Shown here: piece by piece, positions 18,993-28,466 of the stretch
Numbering within the stretch: position 1 is the first letter of the stretch
How the letters are laid out: each line of letters begins with the position of its first letter
NCBI GenBank assembly: GCA_963743305.1
Contig: CAVUPH010000017.1
Location: forward strand, 32,001-96,000
From: an uncultured delta proteobacterium
GTDB lineage: Bacteria > Desulfobacterota > RBG-13-43-22
DNA length: 64,000 nt
Reading direction: 5' to 3'
The notes under the pieces: model-generated
The model's input: only the letters and a program-made list of their open reading frames with translations
Databases searched by the model: none
What the model was told of the DNA's origin: nothing
Program-made: the position numbers and the translations under genes

Positions 18993-20489
18993 TTAAAGTC
19001 CCTCGATCTCCATTTTGATTTGGAAGCGATCCTGATTCAGTTTGGGGTCCCGATAGGTGGGGGAAGCGAATTCCACTTTCTCAAAATAGGGAGAGGCCTC
19101 CAGTTTCGGTACCAGCAAGGTGGCCGACGGGGCGTACCCTTCAATATTCACTTGCTTCTCGGAAATCCGAACCCGAGTAAGCCAGGCATCCTTGGGGATG
19201 GTCAGGGTCAATTCCCTTAAAAGACTGATAGCCGTCCGACGAGAATATTTGAAATCACTGATGATGTTTCGCTCCTTGGTAATGGCAGTAATGTCCTTTT
19301 TAAGGGACTCAACCTTTTTCACTTCTCCCTTCTTCTGGATAATCTGCTTATCAATCAGGGCCAGTCGCTGGGTTTCTATCTTGACCGGGGTAACCCAGTA
19401 AAAAGCGGTCATGACCATTAAACCCAGCAGCAGGGGAATGGTCAACCAGAAAGGGGCCTTGATACCCTGCCGGACCCCCCTGGTTATTAGATTCAGGTCA
19501 TCCGCCCCCCTCCAAAGAAAGGACAGCCATCCGCCCAAGGCCGGGTAGGAAACGCTTCGGGGGTTCCCGGGCAAAGGCAGACGCAGGTTCATTTCGTCAG
19601 AGAAAACAACCGGCCGGGTTAGGCGCAACTTGACCATTTCCTTTAAAGTCGGATTGGGTTCCGCCAGGTGAAAAAAAACCGGTCGGGGAGGACTGGCCAA
19701 GGCTTGATTCGGAAGAAGCTTTTCCAGAGTATCCACCAATTGGTCGGTTTTAGTTTTCTCATCTGCTGAATCAAAACTTCCCGTCAGGACCGCGGAAATA
19801 CCCTGCTTCTGAAATAGGGCGCCTTCATAGCCCTTTTCTTGGACTTCCAGATAGCAGGCCTCCGGTCCCAGGGCCTGATAATGCCAGAGGGTCTCCATTC
19901 CCACCAGATGCACGGTCAGGCCGCCTACCCGAAGCCCTTTTCCCCGAAAGGCCTCCAGGTAAGGGTCGATCCGGTCTGCTCGGGCCGCGATGACTAGCAG
20001 GGAGATCTTTTCCTCATTCCGGGATTGTATCTTAAAGTCAAAATAGACTTCCTCGGGGGTAAAGGGGGTGATCCGATCCATCTCCGAGGCCACGACTACA
20101 GGCAAGTTCTCCAGGGTGCTGACCGGGAATTCCACGGTTTTGATGACGGCCCAGGGTTTGGGCACGGATAAGACGATTTCGGTTTTCAGGGCGTTTCGTT
20201 CGGTGAGGTATACGGCCACCGAAGAGGCCAGGGCCTCCGGCGGCGGATAGCCTTCCTCTTCGTAGGTCAGGGGTCGCTGATCTCTAATTTTCAGACGGGA
20301 GAATAACCGGGTCCCCAGGACCAGGGCGGCGCCCTTCGCCTCAAGGGCCACACAGAGCATTTTCCGGTAGGCGATGGACGGGTCCGCCGGACTAAAGGAT
20401 AGAATCCGCCAGGCATATTCCCCGACCCGAGCCAGCAGGGATCCAACCTTGGTTATTGCGGCCGAGGCCTTATTAAAATTAAAATCCAT
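18993..20489 (-). CDS. gspL: Type II secretion GspL / PilN-domain protein
   Basis: Actin-like N-terminal region (EMDRITPFTPEEVYFD), TM, C-terminal PilN-type LRELTLTIPKDAWLT...IEGYAPSA..LEASPYF. Confidence 0.82.
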   Translation of the reverse strand: MDFNFNKASAAITKVGSLLARVGEYAWRILSFSPADPSIAYRKMLCVALEAKGAALVLGTRLFSRLKIRDQRPLTYEEEGYPPPEALASSVAVYLTERNALKTEIVLSVPKPWAVIKTVEFPVSTLENLPVVVASEMDRITPFTPEEVYFDFKIQSRNEEKISLLVIAARADRIDPYLEAFRGKGLRVGGLTVHLVGMETLWHYQALGPEACYLEVQEKGYEGALFQKQGISAVLTGSFDSADEKTKTDQLVDTLEKLLPNQALASPPRPVFFHLAEPNPTLKEMVKLRLTRPVVFSDEMNLRLPLPGNPRSVSYPALGGWLSFLWRGADDLNLITRGVRQGIKAPFWLTIPLLLGLMVMTAFYWVTPVKIETQRLALIDKQIIQKKGEVKKVESLKKDITAITKERNIISDFKYSRRTAISLLRELTLTIPKDAWLTRVRISEKQVNIEGYAPSATLLVPKLEASPYFEKVEFASPTYRDPKLNQDRFQIKMEIEGL

Positions 20490-20495
20490 GAGTGA

Positions 20496-21482
20496 TTACT
20501 TCGAAGCCCCTTCTTCGGCCTTTATTATAACCGGATTTTTGTAAGAAAGGTAGCGATATTGGTTGTTCCCCTCCAGGGTCACTTTGGCTTGGATCCCGTA
20601 CCCGGCCTGGCCGTCTTTTTTGTAGCCCCGGGATTCGATGGTAAAGGTATTACCCACAGCCACGGTCACATAAGGGGCCATCTGGGCTTGGGCCTCGCCC
20701 AGCAGACCGGCGATTTCCTGAAGGCTCTTGATCTCCTTTTCCTGGCGGTAGGCCGCCACCGCCTCCGCTATTTCCGGGGTCATTCCGGGAAGGGCCAGCA
20801 GCACCGGTTTGGTGGCGGCATTTAGATTTATTTTATTGGTCTTGGCCTGGACGGTTAGAAAATCTATCAGCCCGGGTTTTTGGTCATTCCCGTATAAAAT
20901 TTCTGCGGTAACCCCCTTTACCAGAATCAGTTCCTCCACGGTGTCAAAATTGCCGTTCTTGGCCTTATAAGGATGGGGAAGGGACTGGTAATAATCGCTT
21001 TCCGCCCCCTGGAGGCGATGAAAATCGTCCGGGTCTTTCCAATCCAGGATGGAATCCACTATGGTATTCACCAGCAAATCTTTGTCCTCACCGGGCAGGT
21101 CCAGGCTGTTCAGCAAACTTCGTAAGATTACCTCGGGTGCCAGATTCAAATCAATTTTTCCCGACTCATCCAGCAGGCGTACCCGATAATATCCTCCTCC
21201 CAGGACGTCGACCTGCTCGGTCCCGTCGATCCTCCAGGGGTCCTGTTCTTCCTCTCCGAGGTTTTGGGGGTTTTGCTTTCGGTAAAAGAGCTCCATGATG
21301 GCCCGTTCGATCCCCGCCTCGGCCAGAAATTTGTTCTCCCAGCCTTCTTTGAAGGCCCGACTGGAAAAGGATTCCGTTCGGGCCAGGTAGGAAAAAGAAA
21401 AGACAATCACCATCAGGATGGTTAAGATCCACAAGACCATCATTAGGGCAAAGCCTTTTTGTTGGAAAAGAATCGAACGCAA
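20496..21482 (-). CDS. gspK: Type II secretion minor pseudopilin GspK
   Basis: KGFALMMVLW, DESGKIDLN, ILDWKDPD, EELILVKG, KINLNAA. Confidence 0.95.
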   Translation of the reverse strand: MRSILFQQKGFALMMVLWILTILMVIVFSFSYLARTESFSSRAFKEGWENKFLAEAGIERAIMELFYRKQNPQNLGEEEQDPWRIDGTEQVDVLGGGYYRVRLLDESGKIDLNLAPEVILRSLLNSLDLPGEDKDLLVNTIVDSILDWKDPDDFHRLQGAESDYYQSLPHPYKAKNGNFDTVEELILVKGVTAEILYGNDQKPGLIDFLTVQAKTNKINLNAATKPVLLALPGMTPEIAEAVAAYRQEKEIKSLQEIAGLLGEAQAQMAPYVTVAVGNTFTIESRGYKKDGQAGYGIQAKVTLEGNNQYRYLSYKNPVIIKAEEGASK

Positions 21483-21491
21483 GCGATCACC

Positions 21492-22214
21492 TTATTTTTT
21501 TGAAGGCGTCACGGGTGCCACCGGGGCGGCCGGGACGCCCGGCAGGGCAAAGGGGGGTGCCGGAGCGCTCAGGCTGCCCCGTCCCTTGAGCGGTATAATC
21601 CAATCCAGGGCACTATGATCCAAGCGCACATGGAACTTGATCTTTTCCAATTGATCCGTGGTGGCCACGGCGGTGTCATCCACCCATTCATCCACCCAGC
21701 GGCCCGGATCATCTTTCGGGTCTTTGGAAGTATCTCGGATGAAATATTCAAAATAGAACTCGGCGACCCGGTCCAGCATTCGGGTTTCCCGGCTGTTTTC
21801 CTGGCCGATGATATTTTCTTTAACCCACAAGGTCTGGCGACCGTCGGCTTCCGGGGAAACTTGATAGTGGACGACCACATACCCTTTTTCACCTCCCCAG
21901 ATGGAATAATTGGTGGCCATATCCAAAAAGGTTCTCCCCCCTCGAAAATAATACTTTTTGTCGGCGTTTTCATAGTAGGTCAGAGGGATCTCCGACTGGA
22001 TCTGGGATTCCAGGATCGTGATGGCATTTCGGATCCGCTCCAGCGATTCCGCTTTTTTCTCGCCGGCTTCCACCGACCGGAACCCGAGACGCAGGGCGCC
22101 AACGACAATTAAGATGATCATGGAGATAATGATCACGGAGAGCAATAATTCCAGGAGAGTGAAACCCGGGGGGCCTTTTTTTCGAGCCGGGGAGGGGGTC
22201 ATGGAAGAGCCCAT
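21492..22214 (-). CDS. gspJ: Type II secretion minor pseudopilin GspJ
   Basis: GFTLLELLL prepilin motif; gene order H-I-J-K. Confidence 0.85.
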   Translation of the reverse strand: MGSSMTPSPARKKGPPGFTLLELLLSVIIISMIILIVVGALRLGFRSVEAGEKKAESLERIRNAITILESQIQSEIPLTYYENADKKYYFRGGRTFLDMATNYSIWGGEKGYVVVHYQVSPEADGRQTLWVKENIIGQENSRETRMLDRVAEFYFEYFIRDTSKDPKDDPGRWVDEWVDDTAVATTDQLEKIKFHVRLDHSALDWIIPLKGRGSLSAPAPPFALPGVPAAPVAPVTPSKK

Positions 22215-22621
22215 TAAATTTCTTTCTTGACCAACTTCAGCGTTTCAAAGGTCATGGACCGGGTCCGCTTCCCCTTGGTCCACTGAATGGTTAGGGCAAT
22301 ATCCAGGAGTTTAACCGGGAGCAGTTCCGTTCGCTCCGTCAAGCTCTCTTTGACGGCGATATCCAACCGGTAACCCTCAGGGGAGATCTCGGTCCAAGAC
22401 TTTTCATCCAGATCTTTATCGTCCAGCAGGGCCCTCATTTTAGCGGCCCCTTGGAGCGAGGCCGACACATAGTCTTCCGAAGCAGAGAGGGCCCGCAGGT
22501 TGGCTGAAAATAATTGGAAAACGACCGTAACGGCGATCCCCAGGATCGCTAAGGCTACCAGCACTTCCAAAAGGGTAAATCCCTTATCCTGGTTCAAGCG
22601 GGTCTCCGGAGAAGGGGTCAT
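22214..22621 (-). CDS. gspI: Type II secretion minor pseudopilin GspI
   Basis: KGFTLLEVLVALAI motif; size and gene order. Confidence 0.88.
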   Translation of the reverse strand: MTPSPETRLNQDKGFTLLEVLVALAILGIAVTVVFQLFSANLRALSASEDYVSASLQGAAKMRALLDDKDLDEKSWTEISPEGYRLDIAVKESLTERTELLPVKLLDIALTIQWTKGKRTRSMTFETLKLVKKEI

Positions 22622-22623
22622 GT

Positions 22624-23070
22624 CTAGCGAAGCACCACGGAACCGACGATGGGGTCCAATTGGATCTGAATGGTTCGTTTCTTAGAGGACAAAAAGAAGG
22701 TCGCTCCCTCAAGCCCCAGCTGGCTCTCCACCACCATCTGATATTTTCCGGTATGGATTTCTCCCTGGTAAGGATCCACGATCTTGAGGACCAGTTGGGC
22801 CGGGATTTTCTTGGAAGGGTGCCCGCTCAGACCGTATTCCCGCCCGTCCAGATCAAAGGTCAGCACCTGCCGGCTATCGCTGATCCGGGCCAGGGATCGG
22901 GCGTAGCGGATGGTGGCCGATAACTCCCGGGCGGTGGCCGTTAACCGCCCGGAGGCCAGGGTCTGGGCGAAGAAAAGGGTCGTTAAGCCCAACAGCAGAG
23001 TCGCCAGAAAAAGGACGATGGTGATCTCGATCAAGGTAAAACCGTTTTTATTTTTTCCGGGAGACGTCAA
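22624..23070 (-). CDS. gspH: Type II secretion minor pseudopilin GspH
   Basis: NGFTLIEITIV motif, ARELSATIRYARSLA; TTG start. Confidence 0.85.
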   Translation of the reverse strand: MTSPGKNKNGFTLIEITIVLFLATLLLGLTTLFFAQTLASGRLTATARELSATIRYARSLARISDSRQVLTFDLDGREYGLSGHPSKKIPAQLVLKIVDPYQGEIHTGKYQMVVESQLGLEGATFFLSSKKRTIQIQLDPIVGSVVLR

Positions 23071-23074
23071 TTAT

Positions 23075-23228
23075 GATAACCTCGCGAAAAGTCCAAAACG
23101 ACTTTCCGCTCGGCGGGGGAGGGCTTCCCCTCCCCCGCCATTTGAAGTGAATTCAAATGGTTCCACCCCCACCCCAGCCCGGCGCTTAATCGCGCTCGGG
23201 CTATTGACGGACTTCTGGCGAGTCCGTC
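23075..23228. mobile_element. MITE family A copy with 6-bp flanking duplication AATTAT, followed by a partial second left end (23235-23270)
   Basis: GATAACCTCGCGAAAAGTCC...GGACTTCTGGCGAGTCCGTC terminal inverted repeats; near-identical copy at 63330-63484. Confidence 0.85.
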
Positions 23229-23269
23229 AATTATGATAACCTCACGAAAAGTCCCAAAACGACTTTTCG

Positions 23270-24463
23270 CTAAAAAGGCAAGTCGGTAATGGAGAAAATA
23301 GCCGTCAACATGGATAGGACGATAAAACCGATCACTATGCCCATCAGCAGAATAAGGGCCGGCTCCAAAAAACTGATGAAGCGTTTGACGGCCACCCGCA
23401 GGCTTTTTTCGTAGGTGGCGGCCACCTTCATCAGCATGGTATCGAGTTGTCCGGTTTCTTCTCCGACCTTAACCATGGACAGGGCCAGCGGCGGGAGGAC
23501 GTTGGCCGCGGCCAAGGGAAGGGACATGCCCCGTCCTTCTTTAACCCCTTTGGAGACGCGATCGATAGCCTCGGCAATTACCTGATTGCCGATAACCTCT
23601 TTGGCGTTGTTCAAGGCCTGTAAGAGAGGGACCCCGCTTTTCAGCAGCGTCCCCAAGGTCCGGCAAAAACGGGCCGTTTCCAATTTGGTGATTAAGTCCC
23701 TTAATATTCTTAATTTGAATCGATCCCAGCGCAGCCGTCCGGCGGGGGAACCGATATTTTTTTTAAACAGGATCCCCAGGGTAACGGGGACCGCGATCAT
23801 CAGCCACCAGTAATCCCGCAATCCCTGACTGAAGGCCAGCAATACCTGGGTCGGCAAAGGCATGGCGCCCCCCAGTTCCGAAAAGATCACCGAAAATTTG
23901 GGCAGTACGTAGGTCAATAATACGATGATCGATATGCCGCCGGTTCCGAGAAGGATCAGCGGGTAAATCATGGAGGAGAACACACTGTCGCGAAGCTCCT
24001 TGCTCGTCTCCAGAAAATCATTCAATTTTTCCAGGACGGCGTCCAATACCCCGCCCGACTCTCCGGCGCGGACCATATTGACATAAAGCCGGGAGAACAT
24101 TCTCGGGTGGCGCTGCAAGGCGTCCGAAAAGGAACTGCCTTCGCGAATGGATTTCAAAATGCCCTGGACGATGGCCCGGGTCTCCGGTTTTTCCAATATT
24201 TCAGCCAGGATGTTCAGACTGCGATCCAAGGGCAGGCCGGCGTTGAGCAGGACGGACAATTCCGTGGTAAAGGTCAATAAGTCCCCCTTGGCCGAACGCC
24301 AGGAAAGCTTTCTTTTGAGACCTTCCTGGGCGCTGGAAATCTTAAGGGGGATTAAACCGGAAACTTTAAGCCGCTCCAGGGCCGCCTTTTGATCCGCCGC
24401 CTCAATGGCCCCTTCCAGGATTTCTCCTTTCAGGGATGTCGCCCGATAGGAATAAATGGCCAT
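23270..24463 (-). CDS. gspF: Type II secretion inner membrane platform protein GspF
   Basis: FTTELSVLLNAGLPL, YVNMVRAGESGG, FCRTLGTLLKSGVPL, VGEETGQL, LEP. Confidence 0.96.
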   Translation of the reverse strand: MAIYSYRATSLKGEILEGAIEAADQKAALERLKVSGLIPLKISSAQEGLKRKLSWRSAKGDLLTFTTELSVLLNAGLPLDRSLNILAEILEKPETRAIVQGILKSIREGSSFSDALQRHPRMFSRLYVNMVRAGESGGVLDAVLEKLNDFLETSKELRDSVFSSMIYPLILLGTGGISIIVLLTYVLPKFSVIFSELGGAMPLPTQVLLAFSQGLRDYWWLMIAVPVTLGILFKKNIGSPAGRLRWDRFKLRILRDLITKLETARFCRTLGTLLKSGVPLLQALNNAKEVIGNQVIAEAIDRVSKGVKEGRGMSLPLAAANVLPPLALSMVKVGEETGQLDTMLMKVAATYEKSLRVAVKRFISFLEPALILLMGIVIGFIVLSMLTAIFSITDLPF

Positions 24464-25990
24464 TTAGATCTCTTGGGTTACCCGCAGGACCTCAGCGAGG
24501 GTACTTTTTTGAGCCCGGACCTTATCCACCCCGTCTTCCAATAAGGTCCGCATCCCTTTATTTCTCGCCACTTCCCGCATTTCGGTGGCATCGGTGTGCT
24601 TTAAAATCAGACGGCGGATATCCTCGTCCACCACCAGCAATTCGAAGATCCCGATCCGACCGAAATAACCGGTAAAGGAACAGATTTCACACCCCCGGCC
24701 GTGGAAGGGCGCCATAGTCTGATCGGAGGAACCTAAAAATTGGAGTTCTTCCGGGGTAAAAGCGGTGGAGTCCAACTCCTGGCAGTGGGGACAGATGACC
24801 CTGACCAAACGCTGGGCCAGGATTCCGCGGATGGTGGAGGAAAGGAGAAAATTTTCCACTCCCATATCCAGCAGCCGGGTGATGGCGCTGGGGGCGTCGT
24901 TGGTATGCAGGGTGGAGAAGACCAGATGCCCGGTCAAGGCCGATTGAATGGCAATCTCCGCGGTCTCCAGGTCCCGGATTTCTCCGATCATGATGATATC
25001 CGGGTCATGGCGAACAATGTGCCTCAGGGTAGAGGTAAAATTCAGACCGATCTGGGACTGCACCTGAATTTGGTTGATCCCCTTGAGCTGGTATTCAATC
25101 GGGTCCTCCACGGTAATAATTTTTTTATCGGGGGAATTGATTTTATCCAGTGCCCCGTAGAGGGTAGTGGTTTTCCCGCTGCCGGTAGGACCGGTTACCA
25201 GAATGATCCCGTTGGGCTTCTTGATCAACTGATTGAAGGCCTCCAGGACCGACCGCGGGAATCCGAGTTGATCCAGGTCGATGACGATGCCCTCTTTGAG
25301 CAGAATGCGCATCACCACGTCTTCCCCGTGCAGGACCGGAATGGTGGAAACCCGAAGGTCGATTTCTTTTTCCGCCACCCGCAGTTTGATGCGTCCGTCC
25401 TGGGGTAGCCTCCGCTCGGCGATATTCAATTTGGCCATGATCTTGATCCGGGAAATAATGGCGGCCTGGAGCTTTTTAGGCACCGCCTCGACGTCGTGGA
25501 GCACTCCGTCGATCCGGTAGCGAACCTTTAATTCATCTTCGAAAGGCTCGATGTGAATATCGCTGGCCCGGCTCTCCACGGCCCGGGTGATGAACATATT
25601 GACCAGCTTGATGATCGGGGCTTCCGAAGCCAGGTCTTTAAGATGACCGACATCCTCCTCATCCTCCCGAATAAATTCAAAGCCCCCTTCCCCCAAATCT
25701 TCGATCAGGCGATTGATATTTTGAGGGTCCTGACCATAAAATTTCAGGATGTAATCGTTGACGACTTGGTCTTCTCCCAAATAGATTTGGACTTCAGCCC
25801 CGGTAGCCACCTTCAGGGCATCGATGATATCGGGGTCCCCCTGTGAGGCTAGAGCCACCTTTAAAAGGTTATTCTTAAGTTCCAAAGGAATGACCTGATT
25901 TTCCCGAATAAAACGGGAAGAGAGGCCGTTCAGGACCAGGGGTACCTTCGGTAGCCGTTCCGGATCTAACGCTTGAATGGCGAGCGCCAT
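24464..25990 (-). CDS. gspE: Type II secretion ATPase GspE
   Basis: ASDIHIEP, ERRLPQDGR, GPTGSGKTT, VEDPIEY, GEIRD, TLHTNDA, two CxxC pairs. Confidence 0.97.
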   Translation of the reverse strand: MALAIQALDPERLPKVPLVLNGLSSRFIRENQVIPLELKNNLLKVALASQGDPDIIDALKVATGAEVQIYLGEDQVVNDYILKFYGQDPQNINRLIEDLGEGGFEFIREDEEDVGHLKDLASEAPIIKLVNMFITRAVESRASDIHIEPFEDELKVRYRIDGVLHDVEAVPKKLQAAIISRIKIMAKLNIAERRLPQDGRIKLRVAEKEIDLRVSTIPVLHGEDVVMRILLKEGIVIDLDQLGFPRSVLEAFNQLIKKPNGIILVTGPTGSGKTTTLYGALDKINSPDKKIITVEDPIEYQLKGINQIQVQSQIGLNFTSTLRHIVRHDPDIIMIGEIRDLETAEIAIQSALTGHLVFSTLHTNDAPSAITRLLDMGVENFLLSSTIRGILAQRLVRVICPHCQELDSTAFTPEELQFLGSSDQTMAPFHGRGCEICSFTGYFGRIGIFELLVVDEDIRRLILKHTDATEMREVARNKGMRTLLEDGVDKVRAQKSTLAEVLRVTQEI

Positions 25991-26245
25991 TTTAACACCT
26001 CGTTTGGGTTTGTGCCGGAACCGCGAAAAGGAGCGCCGGACTATTTAAAATTTTGGCCCTCCCGCCCCCGAAAGCGCTCGGTGACGAAAAAACCCTTAAT
26101 ATCTTTGATGAATAATATACCACAGAAGAACGGGAGATACAACCTTGAGGGACGGGTAGAAAGCCCGTCTCCCGGAAGGGTTCTGGATGACATCCAGGGA
26201 CTTTTCGCGGGCTTGTCAACCATCAGAGGGCCCCTAAACTTTTTA

Positions 26246-26274
26246 TTGACATCCCCACTAGTCTATCCTATTTT
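26246..26274 (+). promoter_or_regulatory. Sigma70-type promoter for the acyl-CoA dehydrogenase
   Basis: TTGACA-N17-TATTTT about 100 bp upstream of the ATG. Confidence 0.5.
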
Positions 26275-26371
26275 CAAGCCTCAGTCCTGAGATTTTCAGG
26301 GTTTCGACCCTCGCCCATACCGATTTTTTATGGTCAGCCATTTTTATTCCCTCTAAGGAAAGGAAAGGTCC

Positions 26372-27523
26372 ATGGATTATTCGTTAACGATGGAACAGGA
26401 CATATTGCGGAAATCGGTCAGGGATTTTGCGGAAAAGGAGATTAAGCCCCGGGCCCGGGAGCTGGACGAAAAAGAGGAATTTTCTTATGAAACCTGCCGG
26501 CAGATGGCCAACCTGGGACTTTTCGGCATGTTTGTCTCCGAGGCCTATGGCGGCCAAGGCCTGGATTATATTTCCTATATTATTGCCGTGGAGGAAATCG
26601 CCCGAGTGGACGGCTCCCATGCCGCCACTATCGCCGCCGGCAACTCCTTGGGAATCGGCCCGCTGTATTATTATGCCAGTGAAGAACAAAAGAGAAGATA
26701 CTTGCCTAAACTCTGCAGCGGCGAGATGCTCTGGGGGTTCGGACTCACTGAACCCAACGCCGGGTCCGATGCCGGAAACACGCAAACCACGGCGGTCCTG
26801 GACGGCAATGAATGGGTGATCAACGGGAGCAAGATTTTTATTACCAATGCCTCCACCGCCATCACCGGCGGGGTGACCGTTCTCGCCCGGACGGGGGTCC
26901 GAGAAAATGGAAAAAAGGAATTAAGCTGCATCCTGGTGGAAACTGGCACCAAAGGATTCGAAGCGCGACCCATGCATGGAAAACTCATGTGGCGGGCCTC
27001 CAATACCAGTGAGCTCTATTTTGATGATTGCCGGGTCCCCAAGGATAATATCCTGGGCCCCCGGGGCGATGGCTTTCATCACATGCTGGGAACTCTGGAC
27101 GGGGGTCGACTCAGCATCGGCGCCATGGGCCTGGGCGGCGCCCAGGGTTGTTTTGACCTGGCCCTGCGCTACGGGCACGAGCGGATCCAGTTCGGAAAGC
27201 CCGTCGGTTCTTTTCAGGTGAATTCTTTTAAACTGGCCGACATGGCCTTAGAAATCGAGTGCGCCCGGTTGTTGCTTTATAAAGCCTGCTGGCTGCGGGA
27301 CAACCATAAACCCTTCGCCAAAGAAGCCGCCATGGCCAAGCTCTATTGTTCCGAGGTCATGTACCGGTGTGCCAACCATGCCGTCCAATTGCACGGCGGC
27401 TACGGCCTGATGAAAGAATACGACGTGGAGCGTTTTTATCGGGACCAGAAATTATTGGAAATCGGGGAGGGCACGTCGGAGATTCAACGGCTGGTGATCT
27501 CGCGACTGATCGGGGCTATCTAG
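26372..27523 (+). CDS. Acyl-CoA dehydrogenase
   Basis: FGLTEPNAGSD, WVINGSKIFITN, RIQFGKP, LHGGYG, EIGEGTSEIQR. Confidence 0.97.
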   Translation: MDYSLTMEQDILRKSVRDFAEKEIKPRARELDEKEEFSYETCRQMANLGLFGMFVSEAYGGQGLDYISYIIAVEEIARVDGSHAATIAAGNSLGIGPLYYYASEEQKRRYLPKLCSGEMLWGFGLTEPNAGSDAGNTQTTAVLDGNEWVINGSKIFITNASTAITGGVTVLARTGVRENGKKELSCILVETGTKGFEARPMHGKLMWRASNTSELYFDDCRVPKDNILGPRGDGFHHMLGTLDGGRLSIGAMGLGGAQGCFDLALRYGHERIQFGKPVGSFQVNSFKLADMALEIECARLLLYKACWLRDNHKPFAKEAAMAKLYCSEVMYRCANHAVQLHGGYGLMKEYDVERFYRDQKLLEIGEGTSEIQRLVISRLIGAI

Positions 27524-27570
27524 AAAAGAACAGGGCGATGAAAAAACCGCTCAGCGCCCTGTTCTTTTTT
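27524..27570. terminator. Bidirectional rho-independent terminator
   Basis: AAAAGAACAGGGCG / CGCCCTGTTCTTTT 14-bp stem with A and T tails, between convergent genes. Confidence 0.8.
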
Positions 27571-27575
27571 TAAAG

Positions 27576-27902
27576 TTACCCCTCCGGGGTAGGGGCGGCC
27601 AGTTCCTCTTTTTCCTGCTTCATGGCCTCCCGTCCGGCGTCAAAGGCCGAAGACAGGGCCGACTTCTTCTGTTCCATGAACTCCTTGCCTTTCTCAATAT
27701 AGACAGACGCCTTGTCCTTCCATTCATCGGAAAGGTGGCCGGACTTGTCTTTTACTTCCTCCGCCAGGTCACGAATCTTGTTCCGGGTCTGCCGGCCTTC
27801 CCAGGGGGCGAAAAGTATCGCCACCGCGGCGCCGACTACCCCTCCCATTATAAAAGACAAAATCAAAGAACTGCCGCAACTCCCTCTCATATCTTCTGCC
27901 AT
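27576..27902 (-). CDS. YtxH domain-containing protein
   Basis: FIMGGVVGAAVAILFAPWEGRQTRNKI motif plus a charged helical tail. Confidence 0.9.
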   Translation of the reverse strand: MAEDMRGSCGSSLILSFIMGGVVGAAVAILFAPWEGRQTRNKIRDLAEEVKDKSGHLSDEWKDKASVYIEKGKEFMEQKKSALSSAFDAGREAMKQEKEELAAPTPEG

Positions 27903-27906
27903 CTCC

Positions 27907-28290
27907 TCATCCTCCCTTTTTTTTATGTTTAAAGAACGTTTTACCGGCGGCCAATACTCCGGCGGACAGGCCGGCCATATTGATCAACGGAGAGGCCACC
28001 CCCCCCTTGATCACCCGGTTGATCGTGGAAACGAGCCCGGCCGATTCGGCTATGGCTTTAAAAAGAGGCTCCGTCTGTTTCACCTTGTCCTCCACCTGAA
28101 TCGTCAGGCGATTGATCCCACCCGAGACCTCTTTCAGATTGCGGACCAGCGGGACTATTTCCACTTCCAGGGATTTCAAGGTAGTTTCCAGGTCCTTGGA
28201 CAATTTTGTCAATTGGATCAAGACCCGAATAAGGAAAAAAGCCACCAGGGCCGCTATAATCAAAAAACCCCAACTCACCCAATCCTGCAA
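27907..28290 (-). CDS. DUF948 (YoxC-like) membrane coiled-coil protein
   Basis: N-terminal TM plus heptad coil; usual pairing with YtxH. Confidence 0.75.
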   Translation of the reverse strand: MQDWVSWGFLIIAALVAFFLIRVLIQLTKLSKDLETTLKSLEVEIVPLVRNLKEVSGGINRLTIQVEDKVKQTEPLFKAIAESAGLVSTINRVIKGGVASPLINMAGLSAGVLAAGKTFFKHKKKGG

Positions 28291-28466
28291 AGAAACCCCT
28301 CCCTTCTCTTATTGAATCCCCATGCCCGGCGGCGGCACTCGAAGCATGATCACGGGAAAGCTATTTGTTTACAATAATAGCCATTTTTCTTGACAAATGC
28401 AAAGGCTTTAATGCCTGTTAGGCAAGTAGCGGTTGACTCATCGATTCTCAGAACCCGGAGTTGGAG

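Noticed and set aside
22910-23236. Similar short ORFs at 22910-23236 and 63304-63492 (RLSARRG.ASPPPPFE)
   Set aside because: The similarity comes from the shared MITE, not from a protein family
25973-26290. Short ORFs in the gspE/acyl-CoA dehydrogenase spacer
   Set aside because: Divergent promoter region; no motif or convincing RBS support
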